Shown here: piece after piece, positions 31,275 through 43,224 of the stretch
Numbering within the stretch: position 1 is the first letter of the stretch
How the letters are laid out: every line of letters begins with the position of its first letter
From: Paraphysomonas bandaiensis
Lineage: Eukaryota; Protista; Chrysophyceae
NCBI GenBank assembly: GCA_965644295.1
Contig: CBFFRP010000428.1
Span: 76,038 to 140,037 of the forward strand
Direction of reading: 5' to 3'
Length of the DNA stretch: 64,000 bases
Notes under the pieces: generated by a model
What the model was told of the DNA's origin: nothing
The model's input: the letters and a program-made list of their open reading frames with translations, nothing else
The model's database searches: none
Position numbers and translations under genes: made by a program

Positions 31275-33641
31275 ATGTCAGCTGATAATTCCAGTAGTGA
31301 ATCAAGAAGTGGTAAGTCGTATAAGTGGACTCCGAGTGCTCCGTCCAGCATATCGATCGATCCCAAACTAGCTGCTGAACAGCTGGCCGGCACCGGATCC
31401 GTTAAGCGTGCCTTTGATATGGACGATCTCGGCTTCAATTATTTGAATGTATCACTCGGCATGGCCAGTCGGAATCAGTCTGGCTCTAACACGAGAAAAA
31501 GCGGAGTCGGTAATGATAGCAGTGCGGCCAAACATCCAACAATAAATTCTAATGACTTGTCCGGACGACGCTTTGCTAGTAGACCTGATGATCTTATGTC
31601 CCGATATACTCCTACCGATGGATCGGGTCACCACCACAGTACAGTGAAGGTCTCTTGCTTTCCTACACATAATCGTGCTGTCCGTAGCAGCGCCGCCAAC
31701 CCTGCCCCATCTCCCACTAGACATGATTTTGATAAGAGAGCGCCTGCGCCGGAACCCTCTGTTTCAACGCAGGGACTTCGATATTCTCCTCAGCCATTAA
31801 ACGTGCAACAAAACGCTACTCCAGTTGTCACGTACACTTCACAGGAAAGTTCTACAAATACAGCTTCCACTGACTCCAGGCCAATTAGGATGTATCCCAC
31901 CCAAGGTCATACTGACGCAGCATCGCACCAACAGCGATTGGGTAGTGAGAAAACTAGCAATAGTAGAGTAGGCGAGGTAGCATTGGGTGCTACTCTTAAG
32001 CGTGGAGGATCGAATACCCATGTATCTACTACTCCTTCTGTGGGCAAGAAGAAAACAGTACCGGCAGATGGTGCATTTATTGACTGGGCGAAAATGCAAC
32101 CAACCCAGGAGGTTGTCCGACGTATGGAACAGCAGGGGATAAAGGCAGATACTGGGACTAACAAAGCTGGTAATACTCTCATGCATGGCGCCTGCGAGAC
32201 TGGGAATCTTTCTCTGGTGTTTTTACTATATGAGCTCTACCCGGCTACCCAACTTTCGGTTACAAATAACTCTGGACTCCTTCCTGTTCATATAGCCTGT
32301 CAAAAAGGCATGATACATATAGTGAAGTTTATCTTGGATAATAAGCACGCGGATGCATCTGTGACCACCAGAGATGGGCGCACCTGTCTACACCTTGCAG
32401 CGCAGAATAATCATATCGAGTTGGTAACTTACCTTGTGGAAGTTATGCCGCATGAAGCGCTGTGGAAGACAGAAAGTTGTGGTACGACTGTGTGTATTAT
32501 ATGTGTTATGTGCGTGATATTGTTTTCAGGTCTATCGGCCTTGCATGTGGCTTGCATGGAAAATCACATGGAAGTTGTGAAAGCGTTGACAAGAGCTCCT
32601 GGCGCCGATCTCTCTCTTCCTGACAGTAGGGGTAGAACCTCTTTGGACATTGCTTGTATTCTAGGCCATCTATCTTTGGTTAAAGTTATATTATCTCTTC
32701 CGAACGATTTGCGTCCTGACTTGAGGACACGAAGCGGAAATAACGGCTACACTTGTTTGCACTGGGCGTGTGCGAATCACCAATACGCAGTTATCAAGCA
32801 CTTAGTTCAGGAGGAACATATGAGCATCACACTCCGTGATAAGAATAACCTCACTCCTGATCAACTTGTGGACGATGCAGTGGTGTCTCTCATACTGTCT
32901 GAGTACGGATGTGAAGGCGACGAAGATGATGAAGAGGAGGAAGGGTCGGTGTATGACTCTGTTTGTGAAGAAGACGTAGATGACGAAGGAGAAGAATATG
33001 AAGACGAAGATGACGATGACGAAGATGATGAAGAAGACAGTGAGGAAGAATCTGAATCTGTTGCTAGTACGAATAAATCTGAAGAGTTAGTAGAGAAAGG
33101 GTCTAGAAAACCCAAAGGGACTAAATCTGACCGAATCAATGACAGCGGAAGATCGTCGAGTCCTAATATGCAGGAGGGAGTGGACAGTGCCCTGTTCGTC
33201 CTTGTCATGGATGAGTCAAATTTGCCGGAACTGGAGGAGTGCCTTGGTGTGGCCCCACATATTAAACGGGACGTGCGATCTATTAAGGAGGAAGGCACCG
33301 GGGACTCTCTGTTACACGCCGCATGTCGTTGTAAATACCTCGCCACAGTTCAGTTTCTTGTAGAAGGTGTCGGTTCCGACGTGAACAGCGTGAATAATGA
33401 AGGGAAAACATGCCTCCATTGTGCTATTGCATCCGACCATGTATCGATTGTTAGGTATCTAGTTAAGTTTTGCGGGGCCGCGTTGGACATCAAGGATAGG
33501 TCTGGAAAGACTGCAATAGACTTATGCAACGAGCTGCCAAACAATTCAAACTCCGAAGAGATAAAGCGTATTGTGACGAAGGGAAGTCAAAAGAGCGTCA
33601 CAAAAAGAACAAAGGTTTCTATTCCAAATTTTTCAGCTTAG
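31275..33641 (+). CDS. Ankyrin-repeat protein B (inverted paralog of 9021-12401)
   Basis: Same two ankyrin blocks and the same 48-nt intron (32482-32529); acidic linker; different N-terminus. Confidence 0.88.
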   Translation: MSADNSSSESRSGKSYKWTPSAPSSISIDPKLAAEQLAGTGSVKRAFDMDDLGFNYLNVSLGMASRNQSGSNTRKSGVGNDSSAAKHPTINSNDLSGRRFASRPDDLMSRYTPTDGSGHHHSTVKVSCFPTHNRAVRSSAANPAPSPTRHDFDKRAPAPEPSVSTQGLRYSPQPLNVQQNATPVVTYTSQESSTNTASTDSRPIRMYPTQGHTDAASHQQRLGSEKTSNSRVGEVALGATLKRGGSNTHVSTTPSVGKKKTVPADGAFIDWAKMQPTQEVVRRMEQQGIKADTGTNKAGNTLMHGACETGNLSLVFLLYELYPATQLSVTNNSGLLPVHIACQKGMIHIVKFILDNKHADASVTTRDGRTCLHLAAQNNHIELVTYLVEVMPHEALWKTESCGTTVCIICVMCVILFSGLSALHVACMENHMEVVKALTRAPGADLSLPDSRGRTSLDIACILGHLSLVKVILSLPNDLRPDLRTRSGNNGYTCLHWACANHQYAVIKHLVQEEHMSITLRDKNNLTPDQLVDDAVVSLILSEYGCEGDEDDEEEEGSVYDSVCEEDVDDEGEEYEDEDDDDEDDEEDSEEESESVASTNKSEELVEKGSRKPKGTKSDRINDSGRSSSPNMQEGVDSALFVLVMDESNLPELEECLGVAPHIKRDVRSIKEEGTGDSLLHAACRCKYLATVQFLVEGVGSDVNSVNNEGKTCLHCAIASDHVSIVRYLVKFCGAALDIKDRSGKTAIDLCNELPNNSNSEEIKRIVTKGSQKSVTKRTKVSIPNFSA

Positions 33642-33958
33642 TAGTATGTAGTGGCATGTATTTACTTATAGAAGATCGTGCTATTTCTGTATCTATATTA
33701 TGTAGTAGTATTGCATATCAATTGGATCATATCGGCTTGATTACGATAGATATATAAAAAAGTGGACGTCGATTACGACAGGTACTTATTTCTGAACAAG
33801 TAAAAAGATAAGAGTAATTACAACTGCGAATAGTTCCAAAAGACGCAGCGTATAACCCTGTATTATTGTGGTTTTTATACCATAACTCATTTAATGTACT
33901 GCATAAACTTAACACAGCGATACTTTATCTACACTTAATTTTAATTCCTTGAGCTCTG

Positions 33959-36900
33959 TGTTGAGTTTTTGCTGTTTGTGAGCAATTAAAAGCTGTAGTT
34001 TCCAAGATATTAGAATTATATCCGTTACTCAAAGAATACAGTAGTAGCTAGCTGTAGTATGAGAACCAATAATATGATAGCCATTGTAGTGATAAAACTG
34101 AAATATACTGACTGTACAAGATAGTGACGATGTAAGATCGTACTAGAAATGGTTGGTGTAGTAGAGATAGAAAGAGTTGGTGAACGTCAATGAATGAAGT
34201 ATGGTATCTCTTATAATTATATAATATTCCATATAAGTGTTAACAAAGGTCTTATTACTAAAAATGTCTATTTCTAACATGGTAGCAGACAGTAGTTCGG
34301 AGTGGAAACTTCTTCCTAAATTTGATCAGTTCGGTGTAGTGAATTGGTCAAAGAATCTGAAAGTGTGGTTGATGAGGAAGAACAGGAACCATCTGGGTCT
34401 AGAGGACCGTCCAGTAAGACCAGCAAATAATGCGCCAGTGACAGTCCGAAATAAGTACAAGGAGGATCTGGACAAGTGGCTGGAGAGGAAAGACACGTGC
34501 ATCAGTTCGATATTTGAAGCTGTTCAACCAGTCGCTGAAGCCCTTGAGATCGTGGATCAGTACTTCCGGGAAAAGGATATGCTCCCGCAGGACCATCCTG
34601 ATAAAGAGCAGTTAGCGAGTGAACTCATCTCTAGGTTAATTGTTCGGTTTCGAGGGGAAATCCAATATGAATTAGTTGAATTGAATAAGAAGTTTGCAGG
34701 ATTCAAAATTCTACCGGGGGAACTCGTGTGCGCAGCAATCGATCGACTAAACGGCATCTGTCAAAAAATGTCCGAGTTGGGGGAACCACCCACTGACATC
34801 GCTAAAAAAACGAAGTTACAGACTGCCCTCGAAACACGAAGCGATTTGGAGCAATTGTACACCAATCTCTACCTACAAGGTGACATAACCTTTATTGATA
34901 TGATCACCATATGCAGGAGATACGATCAGGCAAAAGGTGTCCCGAAAGAAGGCACCGACGAAGTAAACATGAATTCCACTGCTGATGAAAATGAGGTGTG
35001 CAGCTATCCCAAATGTGGCAAACGGGGTCACTCACAAAAATCGTGCTGGAAGAAGAAGAGAGACCTTAAGATCGCGAAATTAAGAAGGCAGGGAAAGAGT
35101 CGTGGCGCTAGGAATCGATCTGAGAGTCGCAGAGACAACAACGAGAAGAAAAAATCAGATGGCTGCTATGTATGTGGAGACACCAGACATCGTGCGTATA
35201 AGTGCAAATTTCGTGCTCAAGTACGTAGTGACTCTGCCCAAGGAGACAAAAACCGGCCATTTTTGGACGAAAAGCCTGCAAAACGCACAGATTGGAATCG
35301 TTTTTTGCGGAGAGAGGAGCAAGAGGAAGATTCGGACTCTGTGAACATGATTATGTATGAGGAACCGCATGATGATTCATGTGTCTCTGAAGAGGTGCTA
35401 CACACTTCCGATGAATCCGTGTATTTAGACAGCTGTGCCTCTAATAAACTGTTCATTGTTAAGGACAGAAATTTCCTTCATACGGTCAAGAAGGAGGATG
35501 GAAATATACAGACAACCAGAGCTGGATCCAGTTTACACTATGAGGAAACTGGAGGCTTTGGCGATTGGACTGACATCAAGATCTGCCCTGGATCAGTCAA
35601 GAATATCTGCTCTGGAGGAATACTCCGTTCTCACGGGTATGGATTGCAGTTGTTGAACAAGCCCACTGTTGTGCGACTTGATACTGGGGAGACTGTATTG
35701 GAGGCAACCTACTCAAGCAACGGAATGCCTTATGTAAATTTACAGGAAATACTTGATCTTCCAAATTTGACAATGCTGGAGGAAGTATATTTGTCCGACA
35801 AGGTGCATGAAGATCCGTTAGAGATGTTACACAAGCGCTGTGGACACGTCAGCAAACATAAGCTGATTGAAGCGTTTAAACACAGACTTTTTACCGGGAG
35901 CGGATTAACCCGACGACATCTCAGCAAGAAGAGTTTACGAAAAATGAAAGGTATTTGTAAAGCTTGCGCAAAATCAAAGATGACAAGGAAATCATTCACC
36001 GCAAAGAGAGATGACGAACTGCAAGCTACAGAGTTCCTTGAGAAGGTTTCTGTGGACATTGCTGTATATTTCAATTGCTCATCCAGACAAGGATACAAAT
36101 ATGTTCTGACATTATCAGATATAGCCACCAAGGAGTTTTGGGAATATCCGTTGGAGACACGGTCTGCGAATGAGGTGTTGAGTTGCGTGAAGGACTGGGT
36201 TGAGCGTAAACTCCCTACATATCCCGGTTCACACCGGTTGATACAGTACCATTCGGATGGGGGGGCTGAGTTGATCGACAAGTCCATTCAGCAATACTTA
36301 ATGAGCAAGTTTGGAACTAGCATCACTTGGAGCTCCACAGACAGCCCTGAGATGAATGGTGTATCTGAGCGTAGGAATCGAACATTGGGAGAAATGACTC
36401 TGGCTCTGTTAATGGACTCAGGATTACCCGTAATTTTTTGGTGGGATGCTTATGTATATGCATGCATGATAGTTCGACGAATGCCTACACGTACATATCG
36501 AGGTTGGATGTCTCCAATGGAATGCGTCCCAGGAGGTTCAGTCCCTGACTTATCGAGATTTCGACGCTGGGGGTGCAAGGCTTATGTGCTTATTCCCAAA
36601 GGTGATCGTCGAAAGGACTGGCAGGAGAAGTCGCAGACTGGGTATTTCATAGGTCTATCCAATACGAAAAAGGGATCCCGTGTGTGGCTTGGTGACAAAG
36701 AAGTCGTATCAGTACATGTTCTGTATGATGAAAGTATACCTCCAAGAGATAAGGAGTACTATGCAGAGCTTGAAGAGGCCTTAGTCAAAACTGACCCATT
36801 AGATCGATCAGTTGAAGAGTTTAAACATCTGATTGGTTCGTATCATGTGGACGACGGGTTTCTCTTCAAGACTACGAGAGTTGTGGTGCGAAAAGGACTA

Positions 36901-39475
36901 ATTGTGGCGTTTAGGGCGCTAGTAACTGCTGGGAAAGAGCAGATAGAAGAAAAAGTCCCTATTCACGTACGTGATATTGCCGAGTTGACTGGTGACTATA
37001 ACCGCAGGCTGTACTCAAAACCTCGTTCTTGTGACGACAAGAGAGGTGGATCGTCATCTACGCCGGCTTCGGGTGACACGCCCAATAAGTCTACGGCGGA
37101 TGAGATTCCAGGGAAGAGAATGTCCCTTCGTACTTTGCCGGAGAGTAGTGCGGGTGCTGTACCGAGTGGGGTCAGCGCGAATCGTGTCTTTGAGAATGTA
37201 CCTTCTTGTGTGCCAAGTGAGAATAGTGGTACTGTACATGCTGAGTCAAGGGAGACCAGTGGTAAACGTACGCGAATCCGAAGGGTGTTGACTAATGTGT
37301 CCACCCTGGGTGAGGTAAACCTTCTCCATGACGAGGAGATTGTTAACTTGTGTGATGAGAGTGATTGCGCACTTATGTCTAACTCGTCTACTTATAGAGA
37401 GCCTGAGACGTATGAAGAGTCATTGACATGTCCTGAAGCTTCAAATTGGAAGGAAGCTAGACGATTAGAACGGAATGCATTATTCAAGCGGGAAGTGTTT
37501 AATGTCGTTGAGACGCCACCTGGTGTTAGACCTCTAAAGTCCAGATATGTGTTCAAACGAAAATACAATAAAGATGGATCAATAAAAAAGCATAAAGCTC
37601 GTCTGGTCGCTCTGGGATATGGTCAAAGGACAGGTATAGACGTCGAAAATACATTTGCTCCTGTGGTGAAATCGATTACGGTTAGACTAATCATTGCCCT
37701 TGCTTTCATGTTTAGTATGCACATCCATCAACTTGACGTGTCGAATGCATTCTGTTATGCTAAAATCGAAGGAGACGTGTACATGGACCCTCCTCCCGAT
37801 TTTCAGTTGCCACCAGGACACTGTTTCAAACTATATCGCTCACTATATGGCCTTCGGAGTTCTCCACGTTCATGGTGGAAGACCATACATGGATTTATAA
37901 AGTCTTTGGGATTCAAACCCTGCATTTTAGAACCATGTCTATATTATATGATGTACAAAGGTCATCGTGTGTACTTAACCATATACGTTGATGATATAGT
38001 AATCGCTTGTGCGGATCTGACTATTTTGACAGAAATCAAGAAACGGTTTTGTGAAAGATTTGACATGTCAGACATGGGAGAATTAGAGCATTTTCTCAAC
38101 GTTCGAGTTACAAGGACCAAGAATTATATTCAACTTGACCAATCGACATACGCTGAAAAAATTCTCACCAAATATGCAGCATTCCTTGGACCTTCAAACA
38201 AAGTTCGCAAATCCCCACTACCTGTAGATGCCATGGACAGGATTAATTGCACTGATAGTGAGAACTCATCTCAGGAGGAAGAGGGAGTCGACAATTATCC
38301 CTATCGTAGCTTACTAGGTGCCATGCTATATCTATCAATGAATACGCGTCCAGATATTGCGTATGCTGTTGGCCTATTGTCACGATATGCTTCGAAACCA
38401 ACAAAGGCTACATGCAAGTTGATGACTTATTTGTTACAATACATCAGGGGTACTGTGCGGAAAGGTATTCGGTTCAGTGGTAAGAGCTTTGACATGCATA
38501 TTTTCACAGACGCTGACTGGGCAGGCGATACTGTGTCACGAAGGTCGACAACTGGATACATTGTGTTTGCAGCAGGTGGACCACTCACCTGGCAATCAAT
38601 CTTACAAGTTACTGTGTCTACGTCTTCAATGCAGAGTGAGTACCAAGCTATGTACGCTGGCATGCAAGAACTGGTGTGGCTTCGGGGGGTGTTGGCCGAA
38701 TTGGGACTTCGACTGTACGAACCCACTCCATTTTTTTTAGATAGCCAGAGTGCTCGTGATCTAGCATTAAATCCAGTGTTCCACAAAAGATCAAAACACA
38801 TTGAAATCAAATACCACTGGGTGCGTGAACATGTAGATCCAGAAGGACGTTTTAACACTGCGATATTGTATCACGTTGGAACTGATAACCAGACTGCAGA
38901 CATATTTACGAAATCTTTGTGTGGCGTTATATACGAGAAGCATAGAAAGAGATGTCTAGGAGAAGATCAGAAGTCATCTGTGGATGTCATCAGAGAGAAT
39001 TCATACAAACGAAACAGAGGCTCATAAACGTGTTGTCTACGGAGAGGCTAGCTGAAACGTCGGAGCCATACGTCCACCGGTTTGTCCTATACGGTTTCGG
39101 TGGTTGCGTATCCGTCAGTTATGCCATGTGTTACAGCTTTGAATTGAGAGGGAGTGTTGAGTTTTTGCTGTTTGTGAGCAATTAAAAGCTGTAGTTTCCA
39201 AGATATTAGAATTATATCCGTTACTCAAAGAATACAGTAGTAGCTAGCTGTAGTATGAGAACCAATAATATGATAGCCATTGTAGTGATAAAACTGAAAT
39301 ATACTGACTGTACAAGATAGTGACGATGTAAGATCGTACTAGAAATGGTTGGTGTAGTAGAGATAGAAAGAGTTGGTGAACGTCAATGAATGAAGTATGG
39401 TATCTCTTATAATTATATAATATTCCATATAAGTGTTAACAAAGGTCTTATTACTAAAAATGTCTATTTCTAACA
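33959..39475 (+). mobile_element. Intact Ty1/copia LTR retrotransposon, 5517 bp
   Basis: 321-bp LTRs (33959-34279, 39155-39475), identical by eye. 5-bp TSD CTCTG. PBS TGGTAGCAGA (initiator-Met tRNA type). PPT GAGAGGGAG. Confidence 0.98.
34264..39027 (+). CDS. Copia gag-pol polyprotein (uninterrupted)
   Basis: Two Zn knuckles, protease YLDSCAS, integrase HKRCGH...CKAC and SDGGAE...SERRNR, RT KARLVALG/YVDD, RNase H TDADW...KHIEIKYHWVRE. Confidence 0.96.
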   Translation: MSISNMVADSSSEWKLLPKFDQFGVVNWSKNLKVWLMRKNRNHLGLEDRPVRPANNAPVTVRNKYKEDLDKWLERKDTCISSIFEAVQPVAEALEIVDQYFREKDMLPQDHPDKEQLASELISRLIVRFRGEIQYELVELNKKFAGFKILPGELVCAAIDRLNGICQKMSELGEPPTDIAKKTKLQTALETRSDLEQLYTNLYLQGDITFIDMITICRRYDQAKGVPKEGTDEVNMNSTADENEVCSYPKCGKRGHSQKSCWKKKRDLKIAKLRRQGKSRGARNRSESRRDNNEKKKSDGCYVCGDTRHRAYKCKFRAQVRSDSAQGDKNRPFLDEKPAKRTDWNRFLRREEQEEDSDSVNMIMYEEPHDDSCVSEEVLHTSDESVYLDSCASNKLFIVKDRNFLHTVKKEDGNIQTTRAGSSLHYEETGGFGDWTDIKICPGSVKNICSGGILRSHGYGLQLLNKPTVVRLDTGETVLEATYSSNGMPYVNLQEILDLPNLTMLEEVYLSDKVHEDPLEMLHKRCGHVSKHKLIEAFKHRLFTGSGLTRRHLSKKSLRKMKGICKACAKSKMTRKSFTAKRDDELQATEFLEKVSVDIAVYFNCSSRQGYKYVLTLSDIATKEFWEYPLETRSANEVLSCVKDWVERKLPTYPGSHRLIQYHSDGGAELIDKSIQQYLMSKFGTSITWSSTDSPEMNGVSERRNRTLGEMTLALLMDSGLPVIFWWDAYVYACMIVRRMPTRTYRGWMSPMECVPGGSVPDLSRFRRWGCKAYVLIPKGDRRKDWQEKSQTGYFIGLSNTKKGSRVWLGDKEVVSVHVLYDESIPPRDKEYYAELEEALVKTDPLDRSVEEFKHLIGSYHVDDGFLFKTTRVVVRKGLIVAFRALVTAGKEQIEEKVPIHVRDIAELTGDYNRRLYSKPRSCDDKRGGSSSTPASGDTPNKSTADEIPGKRMSLRTLPESSAGAVPSGVSANRVFENVPSCVPSENSGTVHAESRETSGKRTRIRRVLTNVSTLGEVNLLHDEEIVNLCDESDCALMSNSSTYREPETYEESLTCPEASNWKEARRLERNALFKREVFNVVETPPGVRPLKSRYVFKRKYNKDGSIKKHKARLVALGYGQRTGIDVENTFAPVVKSITVRLIIALAFMFSMHIHQLDVSNAFCYAKIEGDVYMDPPPDFQLPPGHCFKLYRSLYGLRSSPRSWWKTIHGFIKSLGFKPCILEPCLYYMMYKGHRVYLTIYVDDIVIACADLTILTEIKKRFCERFDMSDMGELEHFLNVRVTRTKNYIQLDQSTYAEKILTKYAAFLGPSNKVRKSPLPVDAMDRINCTDSENSSQEEEGVDNYPYRSLLGAMLYLSMNTRPDIAYAVGLLSRYASKPTKATCKLMTYLLQYIRGTVRKGIRFSGKSFDMHIFTDADWAGDTVSRRSTTGYIVFAAGGPLTWQSILQVTVSTSSMQSEYQAMYAGMQELVWLRGVLAELGLRLYEPTPFFLDSQSARDLALNPVFHKRSKHIEIKYHWVREHVDPEGRFNTAILYHVGTDNQTADIFTKSLCGVIYEKHRKRCLGEDQKSSVDVIRENSYKRNRGS

Positions 39476-39948
39476 CTCTGAAGGATCTCTTCAAGCCTCA
39501 TCTCAATCTCTACTTTTGCTCTTTTGAGTCTTCCTCTTCATATATCGTGGTAGATATCTGAATATTAACTGAGATATTAATATTTGATGACTAGATTTTC
39601 ATCTCAGTTTCGGATTATTTTTGGTGTGATTAGCAAATTACACTAAGTTGACTAGTGTCCAATTATAGATCTCTGAAAGAAAACAGCGTATTATCGTATT
39701 ATCTCAGCGAAAAATTCTGATTAACGTTGGTGGAATGAATGAAGAGCAGTGCTTGTATGACAAGTGTCATTCTATATTTTGTAGTTAAGTAGTTATCATG
39801 TATATATCAAATGATACTTGTACCATCATGGCTAAAATAGTAGCCTGATGGTAATACCATAATTCGCTACGAAACTACGCACACACTACTACTCATGAAA
39901 TTAATAATTACTGACAGTCTTAAACATATTACATAGTGGCATTACAGA

Positions 39949-42820
39949 TCATCTCGACTCCAGCATTTGTTTAGATTCCTTAACTTCTCGTAATAATGTG
40001 CTGTACGCAGACATATCAATGGGATCGATACCGCAAATTTCTCTAATCCTTTCGCCATAGTATTGAACATCCAGCAGCATCTGCAGTGCAATCTTCTCAG
40101 AATCTGTTATCGATCCGCCAGAGGTAGCCTGTTGCTGTCGCAGCTTCGACCTCCGTTGCAATGCACTATCCATCTGCTGCGCTGTTTCCATAAGAGCCTG
40201 TACCTGTTGACTATAGGCTGTGGTCACGCTCTCCACTATTCCTCGTGCCCACTCTTGCATTGAAAAGCCATCAGTATGAGGTAGTTTGGAGATTGATACT
40301 CCATGCTTGTCAACAAAAGACCTGAAATTAAATTAGATTGCAAACATTGCGGCTCAGGCACTCACTTCAGAGGTTTCAGTATAGTGACCACGAAACCAGA
40401 TGGGGTATCCGGCGCAGGCTTGTTTGTCATCCTAAATTTACCTGCAACAGACTTGACAGCCTGGAAATACACAGTTAAGCACCCACACCCCATCAGCACC
40501 ACCCCTACCTTTAGCCCACTCTTGCACTCTGCAGCTATAATACCAGCTATCCGCGCCCACAGCGCCGGACACACATGAAGTATTGCCTCCGCCTGGAGCT
40601 GAAGACAGCACTCAATGGGCCCTTCATCAGTACCGATTAGTCTATCTCCAATGATAATCTTCCGAGAGAGAGGTGCAAATACACGTACAATCCATGAAGT
40701 GAGTGTGTGGAGGTCTTCAACGCAGCGCACTAGATCACCCACAGCAACAGGAGCTCCGCTCCCACCAGCAGAATGACCACCTTTCACAGGCGTTCCTTCA
40801 GCAGCCGCAGTTGTTTCCCCAGAGGCTCGATGTCCAGCCAAAGCAAGAAGGTGTTTCTCGTAGCAAGACATTACTCGTACCGCGAGAGAGAACAGTTTCC
40901 CACCAAGAGGGGGTAAATATACATCTGAGTGTAGACACGTCAGAATCTCAGCAACAGTCACTCTGGTAAAATCTAGCTGCCAGTCCTGTACTACTGATCC
41001 GCACATATCTTCTTCTATAATCGATAGACGGTCGGCAGGGATCGAGAGAGAGATATTTCGTGCACCCTCACCCTCTTTTCGAGGAGAGTAGACCTCATCG
41101 AACACCTTGGAGCACATGCCATGAGCACTGACGATCTCCACTGCAGCCTCCACGCGAGACTGTACCTCCTGTACCCTCAGCTATACAGAACGTATTACAA
41201 AACTAATTAAAGCATACCAGATATTACCTGGAAATGTAGGTCCATTTTCCATGCCTGCCTGAAAGTAATAACTGAAGGATGCTTTTCCAGGCGGCGCCGG
41301 ACAATCTCTTCCCATCTGGACCCACATAGCCCTCCTAGACCGTCCAGAAATCTTTCCACATTTCTGTGTGCCCTATGGAAGACCCGAGCAATACCGGAAT
41401 TGAACATACCAGAAAACCCCTGCTGTAAAGCCCCAGCAACTGGACGCCACACTCCTCCTACTACCAGGTCCACTTCGGGATTGTGTCCTCCAGGAACAGA
41501 AAAGAGTTCCTCCGATAAGATAAACACCTGGCGTGCAGCAGGGGAAAATGAGTCTAGCAAAGACTGAAGAGCATCTCCAAGGCCTGAATAGGAGCCTCGT
41601 CCCTCCGTCCCATCTACCTTGCCCTGTGTTATATGAGACCTACTCCGAGGGGCACACAAGTTAGTCAAACACATTATATACAGACAACGACCACACCGTA
41701 TAAGAGGAGTCACCAAGGCTTCTGCGACCAGTTTCTCAGCGTCTTCAGCGTGCCCTACCGCTACCATTCCCCGAAGTAAATGTCCTAATGCTCGCCTCTC
41801 CGGAGTTGAGAGCGCATCATTTCCTGCAGCCGAGGACAGAATTCGAGAAGTATGAGAACGTAGGCGATCCTCTAATCGAGAAAGCTGAGACTGGACCTGG
41901 GCATCCAGCGACCGGCGCAAAGCTATTGACGACGCTCCCTCAGCCCCCTGAGATTGGTGAGAATGCAAAGCCGCTCTGGCACTGGACAGAGACACCGCTG
42001 CTCGCTCTAACTCGGAGCACTGAAATACTTCCTGTGATACACCTCTGGCCTCCAGCATTCTACAACCAGTTAGTCTAATGGTAAAGTGCAAAAGTCAAGT
42101 ATACCTGCTCAAATCTTTACGTGAACGTGTCCTAGAAGCAGAAGAGTTCGTATTAACTATTTCTGAAGTCGAAGATATTTGTCCCAATACCACATCCACG
42201 TCACTTAGCTTAGCCATGCATGCCAAGGACGACTCAAGCATGCGCCGGCGATTCGAAACCTGCACACGTTATGAACACAAGAAAATATATGTTACACACA
42301 CACCTCCTCCCGCTGCTGCATTTTCGCCTTGAGGGCCTGTATATTTGACACCTGGCACACATAATTAGCGTGTATAACGGTATGAAATAATACCGCTACC
42401 ATAGTATCGTTCAGCATCGTCAAATCCATACGCAAGTCCACAAGTGGTTTACGCAAATGATCTACTCGAATATCGACCCCTTCAAGCTGTAATTATTAAT
42501 ATTAGAGGTGGAGAGCAGCAAGAGCTTCATGAGGAGAAGCAGGCCGATCAGTTACCTTAGTTGCTATAGTGATGAAGTCCTTATAGTCCCTGTTAATGAT
42601 ATCGTACAGCTACACACACGTTAATATCCCATCACTCGTCTGTCTCTGCCCTCACCTGTTCCTTGAGGTGAGTGCAGTATAGCTGCAGCTGGTCTCTGAG
42701 TGAGTCCAGTGACGACACTCGTCTGTACTTCGCTATGAACGAAGAGGCACTGAAACTGCAGTCCTCAAACTCCCCCTCGCTGAAGAGAAAGTCGGAGGAA
42801 GTGTCAGGAGAGATGGGCAT
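39949..42820 (-). CDS. COG2: Conserved oligomeric Golgi complex subunit 2 (multi-exon)
   Basis: N-terminus FSASSFIAKYRRVSSLDSLRDQL...LYDIINRDYKDFITIATKLEGVD; C-terminus AGKFRMTNKPAPDTPSGFV...ITDSEKIALQMLLDVQYYG. Confidence 0.92.
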
Positions 42821-43224
42821 GTTGATAGCAGGCTATATGGTGAGATGGAGGGTGTGGATGGAGGTATCCGCTATATATATATATATATATATATATACAT
42901 ACTGCTGTCTCTGTGCGTGATATCAGCTAGGAGAGGTCTGTATACATATATATACAGTATACAGAGATACACAGATAGATGCATAGGTACAGCAGTACAG
43001 CACTGATGGATGTATTATGCAAAGTATACGTACAAATGTATACAACACTACAATCATGTATACTGATGGAATACTGAGAACAGTGTGCGAAGGAATAAAC
43101 TGACCAATCAGATGCCACGCTCAGATTCACGTGCTGTATCTCTGTATATGTATGCATCCATGAGAGACATGCAGTATATATGCATATCTAGCCTGGCCTG
43201 CTGGTTCATGCGCCGCACACATAC

